A DNA stretch of 64,000 nucleotides from Chiloscyllium plagiosum (Eukaryota), in the NCBI RefSeq assembly GCF_004010195.1, contig NC_057728.1:46955402-47019401 (forward strand). Reading direction: 5' to 3'. The notes below the pieces were generated by a model. The model searched no databases. It was not told where the DNA came from and was given only the letters and a program-made list of their open reading frames with translations. The position numbers were made by a program, and so were the translations under genes. Positions 49,797 through 61,708 of the stretch are shown here, in pieces. Numbering within the stretch: the first letter of the stretch is position 1; the number at the start of each line of letters is the position of its first letter.

Positions 49797-51529
49797 GATA
49801 GCATAGGGAACTTGTGTATAGAGTCTGAGGAGGTAGGGGAAGCTCTAAATGAGTTTGTTGCTCCTGTCTTTACTAAAGAAAAGGACCTGTAGTGAATGAA
49901 ACCATTGAGGGACAGGTAAGCATGCTGAAACAGGTAGAGATTGAGGAAGCTGATGTGTTGAAAATTTTGACAAACATTAAGATTGACAAGTCGCCAGGGC
50001 CAGACCAGATTTTACCTCGGCTGTTTTGGGAAGCAAGAAATGTGATTGCTTCGCCGCTTGCCGCTTGCATCCTCTCTCTCCACCGGAGTCGTAACGGAGG
50101 ACTGGAGGGAGGCAAATGTAATTCCTCTCTTCAAGAAAGGAAATAGGGAAATCCCCAGCAATTACAGACCAGCAAGTCTCACGTCTGTCATCTGCAAGGT
50201 TTTAGAAAGGATTCTGAAGGATAGGATTTATGACCATCTGGAAGGGCATTCAGCATGGCTTTGTGAGGGGCAGGTCATGCCTCACAAATCTTATTGTGTT
50301 CTTTGAGGATGTTACTAGACAAGTTGATGAGGGTCGAGCAGTGGATGTTGTGTGTATGAACTTCAGTAAGGCATTTGATAAGGTTCCCCATGGTAGGCTC
50401 GTTCAGAAGGTCAGGAGGAATGGGATACAGGGAAATTTAGCTGTCTGGATACAGAATTGGCTGGTCAACAGAAGACAGCGAGTGGTAGTGGAAGGAAAAT
50501 ATTCTGCCTGGAAGTCAGTGGTGAGTGGTGTTCCACAGGGTTCTGTTATTGGGCCTCTACTCTTTGTAATTTTGATTAATGACTTGGATGAGGAGATTGA
50601 AGGATGGGTTAGCAAGTTTGCAGATGACACAAACATTAGAGGTGTTGTTGACAGTATAGAGGACTGTTGTAGGCTGCAGCGTGACATTGACAGGATGCAG
50701 AGATGGGCTGAGAGGTGGCTGATGGAGTTCAACCTGGATAAATGCGAAGTGAAGCATTTTGGAAGGTCGAACTTGAAAGTTGAGTACACGATTAAAGACA
50801 GGATTCTTGGCAGTGTGGAGGAACAGCGGGATGTTGGTGTGCAGGTACATAGATCCCTTAAAATTGCCACCCAGGTGGACAGGGTTGTTAAGAAAGCATA
50901 TGGTGTTTTGGCTTTCATTAACAGGGGGATTGAGTTTAAGAGCCGTGAGATCTTGTTGCAGCTCTATAAAACTTTGGTTAGACCGCACTTGGAATATTGT
51001 GTCCAGTTCTGGTCGTCCTATTATAGGAAAGATGTGGATGCTTTGGAGAGGGTTCAGAGAAGGTTTATCAGGATGCTGCCTGGAATGGAGGGCTTACCTT
51101 AAGAAAGGAAGTTGACTGAGCTCGGACTTTTATCATTGGAAAAAAGAAGGCAGAGAGGGGACCTAATTGAGGTGTACAAGATAATGAGAGGCATAGATAG
51201 AGTTGATAGCCAGGGCAGAAATTGTTAAAATGAGGGGTCATAGTTTTAAGCTGTTTGGCGGAAAGTATAGAAGGAATGTCAGAGGCGGGTTCTTTACGCA
51301 GAGAGTTGTGAGAGCATGGAATGCGTTGCCAGCAGCAGTTGTGGAAGTGAGGTCATTGGGGATATTTAAGAAACTGCTGGACAGGCATATGGTCACAGAA
51401 ATTTGAGGGTTCGTACATAGGTTTACTTCACATGAGGATCAATGGTCGGCACAACATTGTGGGCTGAAGGGCCTGTTCTATGCTGTACTGTTCTATGTTC
51501 TATGTTCTATGTTCTAAAAGGACGGTTCC

Positions 51530-52700
51530 TTTTTATTCATTCAAGGGATATTGGTGTGGCCTGCATTTATTGCCCATCCCTAGTTACCCTGGAGAAGGTG
51601 ATGTTGAGCTGCATGCTTGAATTGCTCCTAGAATCAATTTGGTGTAGATACACCAACAGTGCTGTTAGACAGGGAGTTCCAGGATTTTGACCCAGCAACA
51701 CTGAAGAAACGGGAGGTATATCTTAAAGTCACGATGGTGAGTGGCCTAAAGGGGAAATTGCAGGTGATGGTACAACTGGACATCTGCTGTCCATGTCTTT
51801 CTAGATGGTAGTAGCTGAAGAGTGTGGTGCTGGAAAAGCACAGCCGGTCAGACAGCATCCAAAGAGCAGAAGAATCGATGTTTTGAACATAAGCCCTTCA
51901 TCGCGAATGAGCCCCTCATTCCTGATGAAGGGTTTATGCCTGAAACATCAATTCTCCTGCTCCTTGGATGCTGTCTGACATGTTGTGCTTTTCCAGCACC
52001 ACACTCTTCGACTCTGATCTCCAGTATCTGCAGTTCTCACTTTCTCCTAGGTGGCAGTAGTCACAGGTTTGGATGGAGCTGTCTAAGGAGCTTTGATGGG
52101 TTGTTGTAGTATATCTTGTCGATGGTACACATTACTGCTACTGTGCATCAGCTATGGAAGGCAGCGTGGTGCTAATCAAGAGGGCAGGTTTGTTCTGGAT
52201 GGTGTCAAGCCTCTTGAGTGGTGTTGGAGCTGCACCCATCTGAGCATGTGAGGAGTATTCCATCACGCTCCTGACTTGTACCTTGTTGATGGTGGACAGT
52301 TTTTGGAGAGTCAGGATGTGAGTTACTCACTGCCAGATTCTTATCCTCTGGCCTGTTCATGTGACCACATTATTTACATGGCTAGTACAGTTTAGGTTCT
52401 GCTGAATGTAATCCCTCAGATGTTGATTGTGGGTGACTCAACCATGTTAATGCCCGTGATTATGTCAAGTGGTGATAGTTAGATTCTCATTTGTTGTAGA
52501 TGGTCATTGCCTGGCAATTGTGTGGCATGAATGTTACTTACTTGCATGTCAGCCCAAGCCTGGATACTGTCCAGATCTTGCTGTATTTAGACATAGACTG
52601 CTTCAGCATCTGAGGAGTCATGAAAGATTTTGTTTTTATTGATTCATGGGATTGTGCAGTCATTAGAGAACATCTGCATTTCTGACCTTATGATTAAGCA
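51530..52700 (-). mobile_element. Old CR1/L2-group LINE 3' region with nested Penelope hairpin (about 51815-52047)
   Basis: Tail ttttattcattc..gcatttattgcccatccc on plus. Same family as 14950-15905. Confidence 0.8.
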
Positions 52701-53113
52701 ACCAAAGATGATGTTTAAAAACCTTTAATCATAATGCAAATTAAAGTGCAAAAATATCTTAAATTTATGATATTAAGTGATCACTGAGTTATCTTCAGGA
52801 ATCTATTTTGTCTTACTTTCTACACACATTGACAATTACTTATGAAAAAAAAACAGTATTCAGAATTCCTACTATGGCTACAGTCAAGTCATTCTACATT
52901 TTTTGCTTAAGAAATCCTACTTATTTTGAACAGGTTCAACAGAAAGCAAATAAATCAAATTATTCATAAAGGTTATATTATTCATTCATGAAAAGATTAG
53001 CCTGAAGATCGCAAGACCAATCAAGTAGTCTCATGTCATAAGATGTCACAACATGTTTTATTAAATTATATCATTAGTCCAGACAAAGTCAGCCAAAATG
53101 ACTGAAAACTTGC

Positions 53114-53380
53114 CTGGGATTCAGAAATTTCAGGGATGTGCTTTATTTGTCCGTTCCAACAAGGGTTATTTTCTCATCTGGACACCACCAGATTGGCAGC
53201 TCATCAAGCTTCCCACTTCAAACACCCAGTCAAGACTATCTTGCATATCATTGACACAGACATCTACTCTGTCCTGACAGAAGCAGGTCCCACTGGAATG
53301 GAGACAGATTCTGGATTGACAAGGGGAAGGGATGAAAGTATTTTACGAGTTGGATTTGAAGCAATTCTGTTGTGGATACA
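53114..53380 (-). pseudogene. Possible TASOR-like pseudo-exon: pseudo-PARP (GVYLSRYADL region)
   Basis: Acceptor ttttcatag, possible GC donor. SSGTCFCQDRVDVCVN weakly resembles SMGVYLSRYADLLQAN and lies at the expected position. Confidence 0.4.
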
Positions 53381-53408
53381 CTATGAAAACTCATAGCTAA
53401 ATAGCCAA

Positions 53409-53672
53409 GGACCCGGGTTCGATTCCCACCTCAGGCGACTGTCTGTGTGGAGTTTGCATATTCTTCCCATGTCTGCATGAGTTTCCTCTGAGTGCTCTGG
53501 TTTCCTCACCCAATCCAAAGATGTGCAGGTCAGATGAATTGGTCATGCTAAATTGCCCATAGTGTTAGGTGCATTAGTCAGGGGTAAATATAGGGTAGGG
53601 GAATGGGTCTGGGTGGGTGTGGACTTGTTGGGCCGAAGGGCCTGTCTCCATACTGTAGGGAATCTAATCTAA
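53409..53672 (+). mobile_element. HE1 SINE, 5'-truncated
   Basis: gggttcgattccc B box, V-domain, (tctaa)n tail. Confidence 0.9.
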
Positions 53673-53749
53673 ATCTTTTCCCAAGGTCAATGGATGGAGT
53701 ACAGTTTTGGTCATAGCTAACTTTTTTTTAAAATCATATATAACTATAC

Positions 53750-53941
53750 ATTTAAAAAGCCCCAATGCTACCAAGACTTCATTGCCATTCTGACAGACTC
53801 CAGACAGTAGTCCAGCAAAAAACCTCCAGAGTAGCCACAAACCAGCAAGGATCATGGCTCCACAAACGTTTTAGAAACATTTCTGTAAAATCTTCTGCAT
53901 TGTGCTTGGAACTCCTGCTTAGCACAGTAGAACGTCGCCAC
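53750..53941 (-). pseudogene. TASOR-like pseudo-exon: pseudo-PARP
   Basis: Acceptor ttag|GTGGCG. KQEFQAQCRRFYRNVSKTFVEP resembles EKEFTEKRRELKFDGRLDKELSES. After a frameshift, LSGVCQNGNEV resembles VQTICEKGLHV. Confidence 0.6.
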
Positions 53942-54739
53942 CTAACTATGTTTAAAGCAAAAACTATCAAGATATATTCTGGAATATTTTAATTTTATCT
54001 CAATACATCTTTTATCTTAAGGATTCAATATTTGTTATTGGTTGCTTTCTGTGGTGCTATTACTTATATTGCAAGTTAGGCAAATAAAAACTGTTTTTCT
54101 TAATGTAAATAACATGAAGTCCATGACTAAACTGTTACTGGATTCTGAAACTATACCCTGCACTTATATCCTCCCAATGGCAAGGTTCCTGTGGCACGTT
54201 GTAATTCCATTAAAAAATAATTGTGGTAAAAACTCTAATCAGGATAAGGATATTCTTACCACATGAGAGAACTAACTCCTCACTGCCCACTATTAACATC
54301 TAGAAGTATAGCTGTCAATCTGCATTGCGCATATTTACAAATTTAAATTCAAGAACTGCACTGAATGAAATCAAATGTACAAGAAAACATGTTAAACTTC
54401 ACAATGTGAAACACATTGCAGTCAACCTCAGGTAAAATTGCACCCAAGTAGATATATCATTATGTAATTATCAACTTTTGTTTTACACAATTGAGTTACA
54501 GAAGTAACAGCCTATCGTTAGAAAGCATTTTGCAAAACAAAATACATGTTTAAGTTTTGCATTTCCATTACTGTGTAACATTCTTTAAAATAAAGTTCTT
54601 GAAGAGCTTTATTGTGCTAACAAAACTGACAACCACTGACAGTGTCTAAAAACTATTTAGTCCACTAGCAAATTCTCCCAAGTACAAAAAACAAATGCAG
54701 ATAATAAACATTTTGGCATAATTCATTAGTATTGTAAAA

Positions 54740-55094
54740 CCAATACTAGAAGTGTTGTTTCTTTAAGGAGAAAGATCAAACTTCTATATTCTATATCAGA
54801 ATATGGATGTTGACTGTCACAAACATCTTGAAATTTCACCCAGTTCACAGGTTTCAGAAGTGAAATGCGTGGCAGCGCTTCTGCTACTGAGGATGATGCA
54901 TGTGTGCATTCTGTATCAGTGAAGGCTTTTGCATTCAGGGAAATGACATTCCATGGAATCACATGGTTGGTGAGGGATACACATCTGACGTTTCTGCTTG
55001 GAATGTGCAAAGACTCTGAAGCTAAATACAGTTGTCATTTGCAGAATCTGTAGTATATGGTGTTAACAGCTACTTACTCCATGGAGACACATTA
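54740..55094 (-). pseudogene. TASOR-like pseudo-exon: start of pseudo-PARP (DUF3715) domain
   Basis: Acceptor ttacag at 55095-55100 (minus). LPRISLLKPVNWVKFQDVCDSQHPYSD resembles TASOR IPRKS..LFQPLTPGSREFEDVVNILHSSYLE. 3' boundary approximate. Confidence 0.65.
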
Positions 55095-55221
55095 CTGTAA
55101 CTAATTAGGAAAGAACAGTTGATCCCAATCAAACAAGACTGCAGTCACTTACGACCTTATCCTATTAACAACAGCAATATAACTTCTGTATTTTGCATCA
55201 GTTAAGACAAACACTGTGCTG

Positions 55222-55851
55222 TTCCTTTATTGGTTAGAGTATTGAGTACAGGATTTGTGAAGTCATGTTGCAGCTGTACAGGACATTGGTTAGGCCACTG
55301 TTGGAATATTGCGTGCAATTCTGGTCTTTTTCCTATCAGTAAGATGTTGTGAAACTTGAAAGGATTCAGAAAAGATGTAGACGGATGTTGCCAGGGTTGG
55401 AGGATTTGAGCTGTAGGGAGAGGTTGAATAGGCTGGGGCTGTTTTCCCTGGAGCATCGGAGGCTGAAGGGTGACTTTTTAAAGGTTTATAAAATCATGAG
55501 GGGTATGGATAGGATAAATAGACAAGGTATTTTCCCTGGGGTGGGGGAGTCCAGAGGGCATAGGTTTAGGGTGAGAGGGGAAAGATATAAAAGAGACCTA
55601 AGGAGCAACTTTTTCACACAGAGGGTGGTATGTGTATGGAATGAACTGCCAGAGGAAGTGGTGGAGGCTGGTACAATTGCAACATTTAAAAGGCATCTGG
55701 ATGGGTATATGAATAGGAAGGGTTTGGCAGGATATGGACTGGGTGCTGGCAGGTGGGACTAGATTGGGTTGGGATATCTGGTCGGCACGGACGGGTTGGT
55801 CAGAAGGGTCTGTTTCCATGCTGTACATCTCTATGACTCTATAACTCTATG
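55222..55851 (+). mobile_element. CR1 3' fragment
   Basis: ORF 55349-55762. (actctat)n tail. Confidence 0.95.
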
Positions 55852-56393
55852 GTAACTGACAGACTTTATGTTTGTCCTTATTTTGAACTAAAAGTAATAA
55901 ACCAATTTTATCAAAGTTTTAATTATGTTTAAGGTACCAATAATCTACCTTTCGTAATTGTTTTAATTGAATCTGCTTTAAAAAAAATGTTTGATTTAAA
56001 AAGAAATGTTGGCCTGCAAATATTTTTAGATATTTCCTAACATTTAACTGTTGCTTCACCGTGTGCCTGATTACAATATGTAGCTGAACCTGACCTGCGC
56101 CGCTGATTGGCTGCCCACTCCACAGGGTTTCTCAACAGCAGCATTCCGGCTTCCAGCTCTGAAAGGAATCTGTTCATCTTAAAAAGAGGCACTGAGTGAG
56201 TGGAAGCTGCTGCTAAGTGCTGTACTGCAACTGGTGACAATAGAAACAAAAGAAAACAGAGCAGCAGGACAAAGAGAAGGCTGCCAAGGTCAGTGAGGTG
56301 GCTAATATGTTGATGTGAGTTCTGTGGCATTTGCATACTCACACTTCAAGTAAGGTGAACTCTTGCTTACTTCTTGCAAGCTGCTTGCACCTA

Positions 56394-56552
56394 TAAAGTT
56401 AAAAATCACAAAACACCAAGTTATAGTCCAACAGGTTTATTTGGAAGCACTAGCTTTCAGAATGCTTCCAAATAAACCTGTTGGACTATAACCTGGTGTT
56501 GTGTGATTTTTAATTTTGTCCACCTCAGTCCAACACTGGCATCTCCAAATCA
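56394..56552. mobile_element. Penelope-derived hairpin (second family) with 8-bp TSD
   Basis: tgcaccta at 56386-56393 and 56553-56560. Internal inverted repeat. Confidence 0.8.
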
Positions 56553-56685
56553 TGCACCTAAAAAGGACCCTAGTTCAGACTGCATTAGACCACTTCCTAT
56601 TGGTTATCTTACACCGTACATGCTTATCGCAGGTGTAGTTGTGAGAATATACCTTACTGTACACTCAAACACAACTTTAGTTCTG

Positions 56686-58166
56686 ACTCAATGGCAACAG
56701 TGTGTATCATCTACAAGATGTATGGCAGAAATTCACCAAGCATCCTTGGTAACATGTTCCAAAACCACAATCACTATCATCCTGGACAATGGGAGCAGAA
56801 ACATTGGAACACCACAAATTGCAATTTCCCCTCCAGTCCATTCAGCACACTGACCTTGACTTTCAGCATAGCTGTGACAAAAGCCTAGAACTCTGCCCCT
56901 AATGGCATTGTGTGTCCAGCTACACCAAATGGAGTGCAATGGTTCAAGAATGCAGCACCTCTCACCCAACAGGAATCACCAGATTCAGATGTAGGGCCAC
57001 ACCCTCACGTACAATCCAATGACGTAAACCTCACACTCAAATCTCACTTCGTGCAAATACCTTCTTCTATTCAACAATCACAGCACATCCCCTAAATACA
57101 ATGTAACAGAATCACTGACATTCTTCCCACCCCTCTCCCCACCATCACTGTCCGACAGCACATGTGGGCAAAGAAGCCAAAAAGAATCAGAGCTGGTCGG
57201 ACCAGTTACTTCCCATTCCATCCTGCTTTGCTTTATCGAATGTTTCCCTTTAGATGCTCTGCTTCCAGACACAAGGATTATTGTCAGCTGAGCCACAGCA
57301 GCCTCAGGAGGAAGCCAAGGAATAACATAATGTACTGAGAAACAAACACCATTACTTGATTTGACACTTGCATTAGATTCTGGTACTACACAAAATTTGA
57401 GGCTAGAAATAAGATAACATCAACATGTGCTGAGTCTCTGTGTTTATCTTGACTTTTATGCAACTCTCTTTGTCCCAACATTAAGCCATTTTATGCATGT
57501 ACACTGCTGTTTCTTGCCTGATCATCGATGCATCTCTACCTTCCTTTCCAGACTATGCTTAAAATCCACCTTTTTGCCCCAGCTATCAGTCACTCACCTG
57601 CTTCTTTGGTGGACAATTTGGAAGCTTCTTTTGAAGATTCATTCACTTATTTATAGCTAATATGTATAGTAAAGAGTAATCTGCATACATAGCCTGTGCC
57701 TTCAGTGCTACAATGCAGAGAGCCTGCCATTATGTGATATCATCCAGCTGAAGGTGCCTCCCAGCTCTCCAAAAATCTTCCTCCTACTAATAACATCCCT
57801 TTTTACCATAGGATCTATCTTATTCTTAAGTCATTCATGGGACTTGGCATTAGCTGGCTGGGCAGCATTTATTGATCTTGGAAAATTGGTGGTGGGCTGC
57901 ATTCTTGAACCATTGCACTCCATTTGGTGTAGCTGGACACACAATGCCATTAGGGGCAGAGTTCTAGGCATTTGTCACAGCTATGCTGAAAGTCAAGGTC
58001 AGTGTGCTGAATGGACTGGAGGGGAAATTGCAATTTGTGGTGTTCCAATGTTTCTGCTCCCATTGTCCAGGATGATAGTGATTGTGGTTTTGGAACATGT
58101 TACCAAGGATGCTTGGTGAATTTCTGCCATACATCTTGTAGATGATACACACTGTTGCCATTGAGT
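56686..58166. repeat. 271-bp inverted duplication (56686-56956 and 57896-58166)
   Basis: One mismatch seen by eye. ORF translations on opposite strands are identical except one residue. Confidence 0.9.
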
Positions 58167-59920
58167 GTCAGTGATGGACGGAGTTCACATTTCTGGATAT
58201 GATGCATTAAGTAGGCTGCTTTGGCCTGGCTGGTGTCAAACTTCTTGAATATTATTGGAGCTGCACTCATCAAGGCACTCATTACTATTGTCTTAGAAAT
58301 GGTGGTCTGACTTTGGCGTGGCATGAAGTGAATTACTCACTGCAAAAATTTCTAGCTCTCACAGTCAGAGTATTTATATGGCTAATCCAATTCAGTTCTG
58401 TTTAATGATCACCCTCAGGATGTTGATAATGGGGGATTCAATGATGCAGTGCCAAAGAATGTCAAGAAACAATGGTTCGATCCTCATTTGTTGGAGATTT
58501 GTGTGGCAGGATTGTTATTTGTTACTTGTTAGCCTAATCTAGAAATTGTCCAGCAGCATATTTTATTATCTAAGGAGTCATGATGGAGACCTAGGACACC
58601 AGCCTGAGCAGTGTGCTCCAGGGGCTGAGTTAACCAATCTCCAACAAACACAACCATGACTCCAACCAGTGAGACCTTTTCTCCTGATTAGCCTCTCTGG
58701 GTGTCAAAATGGATCATCCACTCAGTACTTCTGCCTGATGGTTATTACAAATATTTCAGACTTATCATTTGCACTGATTTGCTGGGTTCTGTCATTATTG
58801 AGGATGCAGATGTTTGTGGCCCCTACTCCTACAATCATTTGTTTATTTGTCCGCCAACATTTATAATTAGATATGACAAGACTATGGAGCTTAGATCTGA
58901 TCCATTGCTTATGGAGTTGCTTTGCAACTGTCTACCACTTGTTGTTTGTGCTGTTTGGCACACAATTCTTCCTGATTCATAGATTCACCAGTTCATGTCA
59001 CATTTTCAGGTATGCCTTGTTTTGCTGTTGGCATGTTGATGGTAATGGTAGATTGGGAGAAATGCTGGGACCATGGGGTTGCAGATTGTGCTGGAGTACA
59101 ATTGTTCTGCTGCTGCTGCTGCTGCTGCTGATGGCTCAAACTGCCTCATGGAAGCCCTGTCTTGCTTTGCTAAATCTGTTCAAATCTTTCGCAGTTAGCA
59201 CAGTAATAGTACCACACAATATAATTTGAGAGATTCCTCAACAGGAACATGGACTTCATCTCCATAAGGGACTGAATTGGCATCATTCCATCTGATACTA
59301 CTTATGAACTGATGCTCTGGAACTGATTGATGATGATGAGGTCAAGTATGTTTTTCCCTCTGTTTGTTTCCTTCTCAATCTCCAACCCAGTTTAGCAGCT
59401 ATGATTTTTGGGATTAGACCAACACAGTTAGCAGTGGTGCTGCTGAGCCAATCTTAGTAATAGGCATTGAAGTCACCTATAAAGAGTACATTCAGCTCCG
59501 CTGCCAATTCCTGCTACCCTCAATGCTTCTTCTAGTGGTCTTCAGTGTAGTGGAGTACCCATCCATCAGTGGAGGTAATGGTGGTTCACAGTAATCAGTA
59601 GGAGGTTTCCTTGCCCATGTTTGACCTAATGGCATAAGACATCATGGGGTACAGAGGTAATATGAGGGCTCCAAGGGCAACTCTCTCCTGATTGTATGCC
59701 ACTGTGCCACCACTTCTGTCAGAGAGGGTGTACATAGGGCTAGTGATGGTGTTGTCTTGGACATTTTGTATAAGATGTGATTGCATGAGTGTCACTATGT
59801 TGCTTGACTAGTCTGTGGCTCTCCCCAATTTGGTGAGGAAGACTTTGAAGTGTTGACTGAGCTATGTTTGCTATGGTCCTTCCCAGTGCCTAGGTCAATG
59901 CCAGGTGGTCTGTCCAGTTC
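57825..59920 (-). mobile_element. Old degenerate CR1/L2-group LINE
   Basis: MSAAPI..FDTSQAKAAYL on minus, endonuclease-like remnants toward 59.6 kb, family tail near 57830. Confidence 0.75.
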
Positions 59921-60861
59921 CATTTGTCATTCTCTTATATCTATTTTTTAAACCACTGGCCAAAGTTATAATGTGCTTCCATTAAGTTTTAATGAATTCT
60001 GGTTACTTACCTTCTCTTCTCCTCTCCAAATGTACAAGGTAGTCTTGCCCTTTCTCACAACTTTTATTTCTTTCCTTGCACGATGGCAATTTGGGAATTT
60101 GAATTCATTTAAAATCTGGATAATAAAATGCTGGCAGCAGTAAAAGTCACCATAAAACTGTCAAATTGTCATTAAAAATTAGTGGTTCATTAATGCCCTT
60201 TCAGGAAAGACTTCTAGCTCCATCTAACAAGCATTTATGATGCAATACTTCTAAGGTTTTTAATATCGTTGGAGCTGCTTGGGTACGTTCAAAAAAGGGT
60301 GACCTTTCTTGTTGAAAATGGTTGTAAAATATTTTGAAAAAGTTTTTAATTCTGAATATATCTGTACCATCTATAGATACAACTCTGCAAGTAAAGTTAT
60401 CTGAAAACTAACAAGGAAATCATCAATGTGATATGATTAATCTCAGGATTTAAAATCAGCCTTTCTTGCTGAGTTATATTGGGAATTTAATGTAAGTAGA
60501 AATTGGGGGTAAAAGCTTTCTACTGACTGGAGATAAATCTGGCCCAAAGGAAGGTGGTCGATATTGTTGAAGACCACTTTTCTCAGTCCTAATACATAGT
60601 TGCAGGAGTTTCTCCAGGCAGTGTCTTAAATCCAAATAAATGCAACTGCTTCACCAGTAATCTTCCCTACATAATAACATTGGATGTGGGGCCATTTTCT
60701 AATGACTGCACAGTACTCAGTGCAGTTCCTCTGCAGGTCTATGCTTACATACACCAAGACTTGAAATATATTCAGGTTTCAGTAGGAAGGTTTCAAGTAG
60801 TGTTCATGCTATGTAATTGCCAGACAAGAGAGAGCTTGCCACCTTTTCTTTGTATTCACGG

Positions 60862-61449
60862 TGCAATGATGCTGCTTCTTTAACAAGGTTATTCTATCCT
60901 TGTTTTTTTTTCGAGAGAGGTTGTAAAATGTCTGAACTAGCTACTTTAATAATAGCTAACAGATGCTGCGTAAGTCAACAATCTGAAAAGGCTATCATGT
61001 ATATTTGAAAAAAAATCTTGTACAATGAAAGTTTAGTGGCCGGTTCTCCAAATTCAGGATTTTTTCTAGTTTTGGGTTAGTTTTAGCTGGGGACCTCAAA
61101 AAGCAGCTCCATGCTAATCCTCTCTCCCTCTCTCTGACATCTCTGTCCTATAAGGTCTTGTGTTTGAATTTACCTTTTTGCCAAGGAGTTTGTTTATGGA
61201 ATATTGCAGGAATTTGGAACAATTCTTTGTTAAGTTGTGTTGGTTGGGTTTCAAACAGTTATGTTATTTTAAATTTGGTTTTCTTTTGTTCATGTGTAAA
61301 TAAATTCTGTTTCGTTTAAAAATTAGCTGCTTGACCGGCTGTGTCACTCTTGGAATATCCACCGTCCACCAGCTTAAAACAACTAGAAAAGTTAGGTTCT
61401 GGGCTTCCTTCTTAAAATGTTTTGAGGGGGTCTGGCCGAGTCCATAACA
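60862..61449 (+). mobile_element. Solo LTR inserted in an old LINE fragment (about 60520-61660)
   Basis: AATAAA near 61299. Ends gtctggccgagtccataaca like 43388-44016. Start approximate. Confidence 0.65.
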
Positions 61450-61708
61450 ACTGGCATACCATTGTCAAATCCCCCACCATTAACATCTTAGTGGTTGTGG
61501 TGGTGGGGAATCACCATTGACCAGAACTGTTCTCAGCTACAATTACTGTGGATTAATAAATCATGTCAGGAAATGTTTGTCCATAACTGTAAAATCATCC
61601 ATCATCTACAAGTAAGGAGTATGATCCGACATTTATGATTTTTCTGGATGAATACAGGTCCGGCAACTCAAGTAGGCTGATATCTTTGAGGACAATGCAG
61701 ATGATTTA

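Larger units (their letters stand above)
48365..51515 (+). mobile_element. CR1 LINE with nearly complete but disrupted ORF2 (APE and RT)
   Basis: NKSDELRAW, IAETW, GDFNFPNIDW, ORF 50230-51102 (PQGSVIGP, FADDT). (ttctatg)n tail. Confidence 0.96.
21470..55094 (-). pseudogene. Multi-exon decayed TASOR/FAM208-family (HUSH scaffold) gene: pseudo-PARP, SPOC, DomI, DomII and PIN-like remnants
   Basis: About 14 exon-like blocks, many with AG/GT boundaries. Their manual translations match successive TASOR motifs in the correct N-to-C order (see individual exons). Many stops and frameshifts. Homology judged by eye from memory. Confidence 0.75.

Noticed and set aside
50230..51102. 290-aa reverse transcriptase ORF as an active or novel RT system
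   Set aside because: Ordinary CR1 ORF2 fragment surrounded by stops and frameshifts.
41237..55094. GREB1/GREB1L-like identity for the minus-strand exons (EDFTEMFLK, DIEAVL)
   Set aside because: Only a few short, scattered similarities. The TASOR reading explains many more blocks in the correct order.
47886..55094. TEX15 as the identity of the DUF3715-like gene
   Set aside because: Downstream exons resemble the SPOC, DomI/II and PIN-like regions of TASOR/TASOR2, which I do not associate with TEX15.
16272..55851. Orientation bias of CR1 insertions relative to the pseudogene
   Set aside because: Both orientations occur and the count is too small to support a bias.
59108..59130. (CTG)n run giving poly-Leu in ORF 58873-59229
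   Set aside because: Short microsatellite inside a decayed LINE with no gene context.
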